From a virus (Duplodnaviria > Caudoviricetes), in IMG/VR virus record IMGVR_UViG_3300002092_001784, positions 192,001-256,000 of that record: 64,000 nt of DNA, one strand, 5' to 3'. The translations under genes and the position numbers were made by a program. Shown here piece by piece: positions 38,859 through 48,061 of the stretch (positions within the stretch are counted from its first letter, which is position 1; each line of letters opens with the position of its first letter). The notes under the pieces were generated by a model. The model did no database searches, had not been told where the DNA came from, and was given only the letters and a program-made list of their open reading frames with translations.

Positions 38859-41800
38859 ATGAATGAGCTTGTAAAACATTTAGTTGAAACTATAATTTCG
38901 GAAGAAACTGAAAAAAATTATATTGTTGTATATTCCGGTAGATTTCAACCATTTCACAAAGGACATTATGCTACTTACTTAAATCTTACCAAAAAATTTG
39001 GAAAAGATAAAGTTTACATTGCTACGTCTAATGTAACTGATAATAAAAAATCACCTTTTAATTTTGCAGAAAAAAAGGTTATAATGACTAGAATGTTCGA
39101 TATTCCATCGGACAAAATAGTACAGATTAGAAACCCATATGCACCTACTGAAATATTAAATAAATATGATCCAGAAAAGACAGGTGTTATTTTTGTTGTT
39201 GGTGAAAAGGATACTGCTAGACTTGGTGGTAAATATTTCACACCATATAAGGGTACGGTTGATGCTGGATATAAAGATAAAGGATATGTATATGCTTCAC
39301 CTGCACAACCAAACGCAATAAGTGGTACTGATGTTCGTAATTGGTTAGGTAACGGTACGGATGAAGAAAAGAGAGCCAATTTTCTGAAAGCATATCCAAA
39401 ATTCGATGAGAAGATTTTCAAATTAATAACACTCAAGTTGAAAAAATTGGGTGAATCTATACGTGAGGAAATCAAAATCAATGTAAATGTTGGCGATACG
39501 GTGTTAATGGGAAAATTCAAAAACCATCCGGTTAAAGTTAAATCAATCGGTAAGGATGAACATGGTATGCCAACCATTAATGGAAAGAAAGCCGCTACAT
39601 TCAGAATAGGTAATCATATAAATATATTTGATACTGCGGTCAATGAAGATGGTGCGGGCGCCGGAGGTGCTGCCGGGTTTGGAGGACAAGGTGGTGGAGC
39701 TGGTGTTGGGTTATCTTTACCCGGTGGATATATAAACGGAGCACCAAATCCAAAGGATGTTAAAAAGACAAGAAAGAAATTAAAACAAAAAGATGATGAT
39801 ATTTACACACCAGTAAATGAAGCATCTCTTGCTGGATATTATGCTGATAGCGGAGAACCAAATCCTAATTATGTAGCTGATGGACAAGAACGTATTTTAG
39901 ATAAAGGAAAGCCAGAACCTTGGTTTACACAAGGAGGGTATACTCAATTACATATTCCAAAAGGTGATTGGATGAGAGGTAAGGCATTAAAAGATCGTGA
40001 AGATGATATGCAACTTCGTAAGGTATACTACAAAGTTCAAAATATTAAACAAAGTGCATTAAATCCGGCAGATGATCCACATACTACCGAAGATTGGCAA
40101 GTTGTTAATAGGGATACTCCGTTGGAAAAACCAAAAAGATTTTGGGAATTACCAAAAAATCAAAAGCCTGAAATAATAGATGATAAAGAAATTACTGAAA
40201 TATTCAATCAGACCCTAAAAGAATTGGGATTGTTGGAATTTAGTGGTGGGCACTCGTTTCCACATGATGGTAACGCAACAACAGGTCGTCAATGGAACAA
40301 ATCATGGGAAGAATATGATAATCCGGATGCATATATTAAACACCTAATGGGATGGTCTACTAAAGATGCCATACCAAGCGATAGGTTTAAGGATATTAAA
40401 CATCAAGAAATTCCATTAAATCAATCCGGACAGGAAACAGGAATATACGATCATACATTGGATTACAATATACTTGCTCCAAATGAATTTTTAGAAAAAT
40501 CTGAAATTCAAAAGGGTGTGGTGAACGATGCTTCAGATGAAATGCATCGTCCTTTACATAATGGAATGGAATGGCCATCTATGGATGATATTAAAGCCAA
40601 ACGAAAAAAAATAAAATCAAAACTTCGAAGTCCTAAAAATTCGTATTTGAGTGTGGATGCTCCAATCGTAGGTGAAACCGATTCCGAAGCATTAGATGAA
40701 ATGGCAATGCCAGATATGAAATCGGTAGAAAAATACGCAGATCAACAGTTGAGTCCGGAAGATGTTGAATTAGGAAAGCAAACTGACCATTTTTTCCAAC
40801 GATTAAATGATCCACGAAACGGAAAACCAATTTCGACAGCAGAAATGATAGGTTTCTTTAAGAGGTTGGGTAACAACAAAGAGAAATTTTTAGATTTTGT
40901 AAAGAAATATAGTGAATTTGTTGTAAAGGATAATAGAACAAATATCAATATCGCCTTTATGAAGCAGGCTAATAAACTTATTGCCAAAACGGTGATGAGA
41001 AAGCCTGATTTTAAGACAAGCAATCCAATATTTGTAGATGAAGCTGAACAATTGGATGAATTGGCATGGTCTACTAGTGCATTTAATTTTGTGCAAGATG
41101 TTGATGTACCATTTACACCAAAAGTTGCAAAAGCACTCTATGGTGATATGATAGTTACTACATTTCATGTTAGCGATTCTGATAATATTGATAATATTAA
41201 AAAGTTAATCGGTAAGAAAAAATCAGTGTCAACATTTACATATATGGCGCGAACCGCTTTGCAGAATATGGATGGTATACAAACCGACGGTGGTATAATA
41301 TATCAATTAGTTGGTAAGGTTTTAATAGATTCTGCGAATGATATTATGAGTAGACCTGATGAACAGGGTAGACGGTGGGTAATGGGACGAGATTTGAATC
41401 CAGTTACCTATAAATTGTATCAGAAATTTTATAAGTATATGGGTTCTAAGAAAGAACTTCAAAAATACGATGAAAAATATGAATCAACTTATGATGCAGA
41501 CACTGACTCTAGTTCATTAACCAATAAAGAAAAATCTGAATGGATAGCAGCATACATTCGATTGGCTGAAGAGTGGATTATTCAGCACGCCGATGAATTT
41601 AGGGATACTATGCGTAAGATGCCAATGGATGAATATTGGAATGAAGTAGTGGTATACGATATACACATTAAAGATGTATTGTGGACAAACTCTGGGCAGT
41701 TTGGGACGGCTGACGAAGATGAATTGAATGAAATAAGTCATAAATTAAATACAATCGCAACCGGAACTGTTTATTACACCGATGAACCTTCAGATGCATT

Positions 41801-42326
41801 GAAATTTGTAAAATCAAGAGGTGGACAATATGCCAAAGCAAATATCGGATTACCATATAAAGGTGTGCCGGTTGGCAGTACAAATATTAATAGTATATTA
41901 AGTGCCGACGCATTTAACATGAAAGAATCGGTTCAACCAATTAGTATCAACGAAGCAACCGAAGCATTGAAGATGCACATACCATCGGATATTGAGCAAA
42001 TATATAAAATGTTTCAAAAAAATGGTAAGAAATTGTATATTGTTGGTGGTGCTGTTAGGGATGCTATTTTGGGAAAGACACCAAAAGATTTTGATTTAGC
42101 AACCGATGCTACTCCTGATGAAGTTTTAGCTATGGCTAAAAAGGAAGGTATGCATTCGACAGAAGTTGGAAAAGCATTTGGTGTGGTGATTGTTAATGGT
42201 AATGAAATAGCAACTTTCAGGAAAGATGTGAAATTAAAAGATAATGCAGATGATTTTATAAAATATTTACAATATATTAATATACCGAATACTCGTATAT
42301 CTACTTTCAAAAAAGAATTGAATTAG
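38859..42326 (+). CDS. Multidomain polyprotein, part A: NadM/cytidylyltransferase-like, SH3-like, BECR-like, ART-like module 1, N-terminal half of CCA-adding enzyme
   Basis: SGRFQPFHKGH and ISGTDVR; HFFQRLNDPRN...KTVMRK; LAW...TFHVSD...KSVSTF...WNEVVV; YIVGGAVRDAILGKTPKDFDLATDA...EIATFRKD. Confidence 0.75.
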   Translation: MNELVKHLVETIISEETEKNYIVVYSGRFQPFHKGHYATYLNLTKKFGKDKVYIATSNVTDNKKSPFNFAEKKVIMTRMFDIPSDKIVQIRNPYAPTEILNKYDPEKTGVIFVVGEKDTARLGGKYFTPYKGTVDAGYKDKGYVYASPAQPNAISGTDVRNWLGNGTDEEKRANFLKAYPKFDEKIFKLITLKLKKLGESIREEIKINVNVGDTVLMGKFKNHPVKVKSIGKDEHGMPTINGKKAATFRIGNHINIFDTAVNEDGAGAGGAAGFGGQGGGAGVGLSLPGGYINGAPNPKDVKKTRKKLKQKDDDIYTPVNEASLAGYYADSGEPNPNYVADGQERILDKGKPEPWFTQGGYTQLHIPKGDWMRGKALKDREDDMQLRKVYYKVQNIKQSALNPADDPHTTEDWQVVNRDTPLEKPKRFWELPKNQKPEIIDDKEITEIFNQTLKELGLLEFSGGHSFPHDGNATTGRQWNKSWEEYDNPDAYIKHLMGWSTKDAIPSDRFKDIKHQEIPLNQSGQETGIYDHTLDYNILAPNEFLEKSEIQKGVVNDASDEMHRPLHNGMEWPSMDDIKAKRKKIKSKLRSPKNSYLSVDAPIVGETDSEALDEMAMPDMKSVEKYADQQLSPEDVELGKQTDHFFQRLNDPRNGKPISTAEMIGFFKRLGNNKEKFLDFVKKYSEFVVKDNRTNINIAFMKQANKLIAKTVMRKPDFKTSNPIFVDEAEQLDELAWSTSAFNFVQDVDVPFTPKVAKALYGDMIVTTFHVSDSDNIDNIKKLIGKKKSVSTFTYMARTALQNMDGIQTDGGIIYQLVGKVLIDSANDIMSRPDEQGRRWVMGRDLNPVTYKLYQKFYKYMGSKKELQKYDEKYESTYDADTDSSSLTNKEKSEWIAAYIRLAEEWIIQHADEFRDTMRKMPMDEYWNEVVVYDIHIKDVLWTNSGQFGTADEDELNEISHKLNTIATGTVYYTDEPSDALKFVKSRGGQYAKANIGLPYKGVPVGSTNINSILSADAFNMKESVQPISINEATEALKMHIPSDIEQIYKMFQKNGKKLYIVGGAVRDAILGKTPKDFDLATDATPDEVLAMAKKEGMHSTEVGKAFGVVIVNGNEIATFRKDVKLKDNADDFIKYLQYINIPNTRISTFKKELN

Positions 42327-42352
42327 CCACATTTCGTTTATTTTATTAATTA

Positions 42353-42361
42353 ATATTTATA
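42353..42361 (+). promoter_or_regulatory. Putative late promoter of inserted endonuclease (and downstream polyprotein part B)
   Basis: ATATTTATA-TGT-ATG, identical context to 13665. Confidence 0.6.
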
Positions 42362-42364
42362 TGT

Positions 42365-43117
42365 ATGATTATATACAAAGTAACAAATAAAATAAATAAA
42401 AAGATATATATTGGACAAACTATACGTTCAATGACGGAACGTAAATATGGACATATAAAATCTGTTAGAATGGGAAGTACTTCGTTGTTTCATAATTCTA
42501 TTAGAAAATATGGAATTGATAATTTTACATGGGAAGTAATAGACACGGCACATTGTATAGAAAAGTTAAATGAATTAGAAATTAGTTATATTGCAAAATT
42601 TAATTGTTTTATTGATTTTCAAAATAGTAATGGGTATAATATGAATACTGGTGGTGGTAATTATATAACATCACATTTAACTAAACAAAAACTTAGTATT
42701 ATAAATACCGGTAAAATTTTATCAACCGAAACTAAAGAGAAAATCAGTAAAGGTAACCTTGGAAAATCAGTAACCGAATCATTTCGAAAAACTATGAGTG
42801 AGTTAAATAAAGGTAGAGTTGCTAGTTTGGAAACTAGAGAAAAAATAAGTAAATCTTTGCAAGGCAAGCCGGGTAGAAATACCGGTAATACGCATACTCA
42901 AGAAACTAAAGAAAAAATATCGAATACAAAAAAAGGAACGGTTTCTTGGAATGCATCGCCAGTTATACAACTAACGATGGACGGCGAATTTGTTAGAGAA
43001 TGGCGAAGCGCAGCATTTGCCGCATCCCAATTAAAGTTAAGTCAAGGCAATATAACATCATGTATACATGGTAAACGAAACAGTACTGGTAACTACAAAT
43101 GGATTAAAAAAATATGA
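42365..43117 (+). mobile_element. Free-standing GIY-YIG homing endonuclease inserted within the CCA-adding domain
   Basis: IIYKVTN...IYIGQT...NGYNMNTGG; NUMOD3 repeats; C-terminal PVIQL...SAA...GNYKW; stop overlaps the next start (ATGA). Confidence 0.85.
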
Positions 43118-46100
43118 AAAATTGGAAAGAAATTGCTAAGCAGTATTTTGCGGATGAATATATTGATTTTCAAAAATTAATAAGTGGTACTGGTGCAAAT
43201 ATAAACGTTAAACGGGGGGCTCAGATTGTAGATTATACGGATATTGAGGGTGATGTCAAACGACGTGACTTGACAATTAATGCGTTATTTTATGATATTG
43301 ATAGAGGTGAAATCGTAGATTTAGTTGGTGGTATAGCAGATTTACATAAAAAGAAAATACGAACCGTTGGTAACGCAACTGAAAGATTTGATGAAGACCC
43401 TCTTCGGAAATTAAGAGCGTTGAGATTTTACAGTCAACTGGGTGGTAATATGGATGTTGAAACTCTTAAAGCATTAAAAGATAACCCATCATTGGAAGGT
43501 GTAAGTGCGGAAAGGATTCGTGACGAATTTATAAAAACACTTAATAAAGCAAAATCCGAAAAGAGATACCTTCAAATGCTGCAAGCTCTTAAATTCTTAA
43601 ATCAAATTCTACCCGATTTGGTGGTGGCTAAACCGTATGTAGATGAAAATGATTACATTGTATTACTTGCGTATTTGCTTAGAGAAAATGATACTCAAAC
43701 TCTAATACGTCAACTAAATAAGTTGAAGTATACAAACGATGAATGTAAAGATATAACTTTTTTGGTATCGCTACAATCATTCACCGCAGATAAAATTGCC
43801 AATTACAAAAAAAACCAATCTGTTACTACATTAAGTGATAATCAAATATTGGAATTTGGGAAATTGATCGGAAAGAACTTCAATAAATTTGTGAAATTTC
43901 AATTAGCTATAAAAGGTTCAGATGTACCTGCTGGATTAAAAGGTAAAGATATTGGAAATTGGATGGGTGATGCTGAATCAAAACGATTTTTGAATGAAGC
44001 AGTAGTGATTAAAAATTTCAAAGATATATTCAGTAAATTACCAACTGAAGTTCAGAAAAAAATATATTCACTAAAAGATGCACCGCAAAACCCAAAACAT
44101 CATCCGGAAGGTAATACATTAAAGCACACTATTATGGTGGTGAATCGTGCATTGAAGTATTTTCCGAATGATATTGATTTAATAATAGCAGCAATATTTC
44201 ACGATATAGGTAAAGCTGATACGATGAGTATTCATCCAAAGACCGGTGGTATAACTCATTATGGGCATGAAGATGTATCTACCGAATGGGTTAACCGATA
44301 TAGTAATTGGATTGAATCTATGGGTGGAAACGCTGAAGATGTACGATATATTGTACAGAACCATATGAAAATGCATAATTTTGATATAATGCGATTGGCA
44401 AAACAACGTGCATTACAATCGCATCCTGCATTTGATAAATTATATGGATTTTCCCAAAAAATGGATAAGGGTGGATTCGGTGAGGGAATACATGAGGGAG
44501 TAAGTGAGGGTATAAATAATCCAAAAATTACATTTCTAATCGGACCTCCTGCTTCTGGAAAAAGTACTTGGGTTAGTAATAACTCAAAAGGTGCTATTAT
44601 CATTTCACGTGACGATATTGTAGACCGTTTAAGAAAACCATTGGGATTATCGTATGGTGAGGCATTTAGTAATGATGAGTTACAAAATAAAGTTAATTCT
44701 GAGCTACAATCCCATATTACACAGACACTTACTTCTGGCAAGGATATAGTTGTGGATATGACTAATATGACCAAAAAAGGTAGACATAAAATATTATCAA
44801 GAGTACCAAAAAACTATACAAAAAATGCGGTAGTGTTTAGTGTTGGTCGTGATGAATTACTTAAACGATTAAAATCAAGGGAAGAAGAAACTGGGAAAAC
44901 TGTACCTGTTTCGGTTGTAGACCAAATGATTAGGAATTTTCAGAAGCCAGATACCGGAGAATTTGATAACATTACAAATGAGGGAATAACTGAGGGTGTA
45001 ATCAATGAATTGGCTTGGCAAGGCAAAGCAATGGATCGGATACAGGAATTGGGATTCCCATTGACACCTAAAATTGGTAAGGAAGTATATGGTGATACAG
45101 TTGTTACTACATTTCATGTAAGCGATGTAAACCATATTGATGATATTAAAAAAATAATCGGTAAAAAGAAATCCATATCAACATTCAAATATATGAATGA
45201 TATGATGCTGAAAAATATGGATGGCATTAGAACCGTCGGTGGTATTATTTATGAATTGCGAGGAAATATAGTAGCAGATTCAACCAAAGATATAGGTAGT
45301 GCCCCAGATGAACAAGGACGTAGATGGGTGATGCTATATTCATCGGCACCGGGTATATATAAATTTACATATGGGTTCAAACAGAAATTAAAATCCAATC
45401 CAATAACAGGTCCTATTTTTGAGTATTTTTGGAAAAATGGTATAATGCCGGAAATGGATAATACTAATAAAGCAAAATTCATAGCAGCATATATTTCTAC
45501 GGCAGAAAAATACATAATTGAAAATCAAGATGATTGGGTACAACTATTGCTTTCACCGCAAACTAATAATGCTTGGAATGAAGTATTGGTAAATAATATA
45601 CAAGTTAATGATATAATTTGGACAAATAAATTTTATCAATATAGTAAAGAACAATTAGCTGAATATTCTAAAAAATTAGAAGTAATTGCAAAGGGTAAAG
45701 TATATTTTACAATGGATTCAAAAGATACCATTGAATTTGTTAAATCACGCGGTGGCTTTACTGGTAATATTAATGCCACACCAAAAGAATATATGGGAGC
45801 GGCAGTTGGAAGTGAAGATGCAATGAAATTTATGAAAGAAGAAGTGCTGAATGAATTGGCTTGGGAGGCTGGTGTTAATAAATTTATAACACAAATGAAT
45901 TTTCCGTTTACACCAAAAGTTGGGAAAGCATTATATGGTGACGCGGTTGCTACTACATTTCATATAACAGATGCTGACAACTTTTCTAAAATAAAATCTC
46001 TTATCGGCAAAAAGAAATCCATTTCTTCGTTTACCTTTATGGGTGATGATATGTTAGATGATATAAGGGGAATACAGACCGTAGGTGGTATTTTATTTCA

Positions 46101-47997
46101 ATTAGAAGCAAAAATAGTACTAGATTCCGCGGTAGATGCGATGAGTCAACCGGATACAGAAGGTAGACGTTGGTCAATCGAACCAACAACATTGAGAAAA
46201 CAATTCAAACAGGAAATATATGATGATGCCAAGTTTTATAAACGATTTAATTTATATTGGGCTGGCGGAAAGGCAATGACTCAAAGTGAAAAGGGTAAGT
46301 TTGTAGCGGATTATATCACACGAGCTGAAAAGTTTTTAATTAAAAATAAAAATAAAGTTATAAAAGAGTTAAGATCGCATGGGTTGGTGGGTGATTGGAA
46401 TGAAGTTATTGTATATGATATAAAGGTAAAGGATGTATTATGGACAAATACTTCCAATAATTATTATACCGATAGAATACGACATAGTGATGCTGAAATA
46501 AAGCGTATTGCTAGTGAACTAAAACAAATAGCAACTGGTACTGTATATTTTACTGAAAATCCTAAAGATGCTATTGAATTTGTGAAAAGTAGAGGTGGTT
46601 TTGTTGGTGGCAGTGGCTGGGACTCTACTGGTGAATATAAAGGAGCTGCTGTTGGCAGTACAAATCCAAAAATTATTATGAAAGAAGGAAATATGAAAAC
46701 TATAATGGAAGGCTTGAGTAAAAAAGATTTACTAATCGAAGAACTGATGGTTCAAAGACAATACGGATTACTTGCTAATAACCAAAAGGTATTACTACAA
46801 TGTGGTGGGGCCTACGGACATATGCATCACCCATTTGATACCGAAATCAATCTTACATTTGGGGATTTGAAAGATATAGTAAAGAAAGCGTTAACTGGTG
46901 AATTGGAACTTACTCGTGAAAAAACAGATGGTCAGGCTCTCGCAATTAGTTGGGTAGACGGTAGATTGGTTGCTGCTCGTAATAAATCACATCTTAAAAA
47001 CAAAGGAAAGGATGCAATGACTTTACAAGCCGTTGCTGATAAATTTGGTGGGCGTGGTGGATTATCCGATGCATACAATTTTGCAATGCAAGACCTTTCA
47101 AATGCAATTAGTGCATTATCAGAAGCACAAAGACAACTTATATTCAAAGATGGGACATGTTTTATGAATTTGGAAGTAATATATCCAACTTCGGTAAATG
47201 TAATACCATACAATCAGGCACTATTGGTATTTCATGGAACATTTGAATACGACGAGAGTGGAAACATAATTGGTGAAAATCAACCCGCAGCTCGTGTATT
47301 GGCAGGTATGATTAAGCAGGTAAACCAGAATGTTCAAACGAAATACAAAATACAAGGACCACCGGTTATTCAATTACCAAAATCGGCAGATTTGACAGAC
47401 CTTCAATCAAAATATTTGGCAATGGTTTCAAAATTACAATCAGAATTTGGATTATCAGATTCAGATGGTGTTGCTGATTATCATCAGGCATGGTGGAGGT
47501 ATTACATCGATGTTAACGCACATTCATTGCCGGAAGAACAAAAGAAAGCACTAACAAAAAGATGGGCATTTTACGATAAATCATTTAGGTTGAAGGATAT
47601 TCAAGATGATACAGTTAGAGCTTGGGCTGAAAAAATAGATAAGCAAGATCAAGCAAAAATTGCGAAAGATAATCTAATGAGGTTTGAACAGATATTTTTA
47701 GGAGTGGGTTCAGATGTACTTTCATTTATGAAATCAGTTCTTACCGCAAATCCTGATGAAGCAAAACGACAGATGGTTAGTAAATTAGATCAAACGATTA
47801 AAGATGTAAAAAACAGTGGTGATCCGAAAAAGATAGAAAAACTAAAATTAGAATTACAGAGATTACAATCGGTAGGTGGGTTTGATAAAATTGTACCAAT
47901 CGAAGGTATTGTTTTTGTATATAAAGGTAACGTAATGAAGCTAACAGGCGCTTTTGCTGCATGCAATCAAATTAACGGTATCTTTTTTTCAAAATAG
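43114..47997 (+). CDS. Multidomain polyprotein, part B: C-terminal half of CCA-adding enzyme, HD domain, PNK-like kinase, ART-like modules 2 and 3, ATP-dependent ligase-like domain
   Basis: IEGDVKRRDLTINA...RFDEDPLRKLRALRF; HHPEG..LKH...FHDIGKA; GPPASGKST...SRDD...DMTN; two LAW modules; EKTDG...ARNK...NLEVI...EGIVF...MKLTG. Confidence 0.78.
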   Translation: MKNWKEIAKQYFADEYIDFQKLISGTGANINVKRGAQIVDYTDIEGDVKRRDLTINALFYDIDRGEIVDLVGGIADLHKKKIRTVGNATERFDEDPLRKLRALRFYSQLGGNMDVETLKALKDNPSLEGVSAERIRDEFIKTLNKAKSEKRYLQMLQALKFLNQILPDLVVAKPYVDENDYIVLLAYLLRENDTQTLIRQLNKLKYTNDECKDITFLVSLQSFTADKIANYKKNQSVTTLSDNQILEFGKLIGKNFNKFVKFQLAIKGSDVPAGLKGKDIGNWMGDAESKRFLNEAVVIKNFKDIFSKLPTEVQKKIYSLKDAPQNPKHHPEGNTLKHTIMVVNRALKYFPNDIDLIIAAIFHDIGKADTMSIHPKTGGITHYGHEDVSTEWVNRYSNWIESMGGNAEDVRYIVQNHMKMHNFDIMRLAKQRALQSHPAFDKLYGFSQKMDKGGFGEGIHEGVSEGINNPKITFLIGPPASGKSTWVSNNSKGAIIISRDDIVDRLRKPLGLSYGEAFSNDELQNKVNSELQSHITQTLTSGKDIVVDMTNMTKKGRHKILSRVPKNYTKNAVVFSVGRDELLKRLKSREEETGKTVPVSVVDQMIRNFQKPDTGEFDNITNEGITEGVINELAWQGKAMDRIQELGFPLTPKIGKEVYGDTVVTTFHVSDVNHIDDIKKIIGKKKSISTFKYMNDMMLKNMDGIRTVGGIIYELRGNIVADSTKDIGSAPDEQGRRWVMLYSSAPGIYKFTYGFKQKLKSNPITGPIFEYFWKNGIMPEMDNTNKAKFIAAYISTAEKYIIENQDDWVQLLLSPQTNNAWNEVLVNNIQVNDIIWTNKFYQYSKEQLAEYSKKLEVIAKGKVYFTMDSKDTIEFVKSRGGFTGNINATPKEYMGAAVGSEDAMKFMKEEVLNELAWEAGVNKFITQMNFPFTPKVGKALYGDAVATTFHITDADNFSKIKSLIGKKKSISSFTFMGDDMLDDIRGIQTVGGILFQLEAKIVLDSAVDAMSQPDTEGRRWSIEPTTLRKQFKQEIYDDAKFYKRFNLYWAGGKAMTQSEKGKFVADYITRAEKFLIKNKNKVIKELRSHGLVGDWNEVIVYDIKVKDVLWTNTSNNYYTDRIRHSDAEIKRIASELKQIATGTVYFTENPKDAIEFVKSRGGFVGGSGWDSTGEYKGAAVGSTNPKIIMKEGNMKTIMEGLSKKDLLIEELMVQRQYGLLANNQKVLLQCGGAYGHMHHPFDTEINLTFGDLKDIVKKALTGELELTREKTDGQALAISWVDGRLVAARNKSHLKNKGKDAMTLQAVADKFGGRGGLSDAYNFAMQDLSNAISALSEAQRQLIFKDGTCFMNLEVIYPTSVNVIPYNQALLVFHGTFEYDESGNIIGENQPAARVLAGMIKQVNQNVQTKYKIQGPPVIQLPKSADLTDLQSKYLAMVSKLQSEFGLSDSDGVADYHQAWWRYYIDVNAHSLPEEQKKALTKRWAFYDKSFRLKDIQDDTVRAWAEKIDKQDQAKIAKDNLMRFEQIFLGVGSDVLSFMKSVLTANPDEAKRQMVSKLDQTIKDVKNSGDPKKIEKLKLELQRLQSVGGFDKIVPIEGIVFVYKGNVMKLTGAFAACNQINGIFFSK

Positions 47998-48061
47998 TAC
48001 CTGTAATTTTGTATAAAAATATTATTTCTTTATATTTATATATGAATATAAACCAATAACT

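Noticed and set aside
42324-42353. TAG read-through or recoding joining polyprotein parts A and B
   Set aside because: An in-frame TAA follows after 8 codons, and all genes are full-length in the standard code, so there is no sign of stop-codon reassignment.
42228-43230. Group I intron or intein in the CCA-adding domain
   Set aside because: Flanks of the endonuclease ORF are a coding tail, a stop, a promoter motif and a coupled restart; no room or motifs for an intron core, and no Cys/Ser...His-Asn intein ends.
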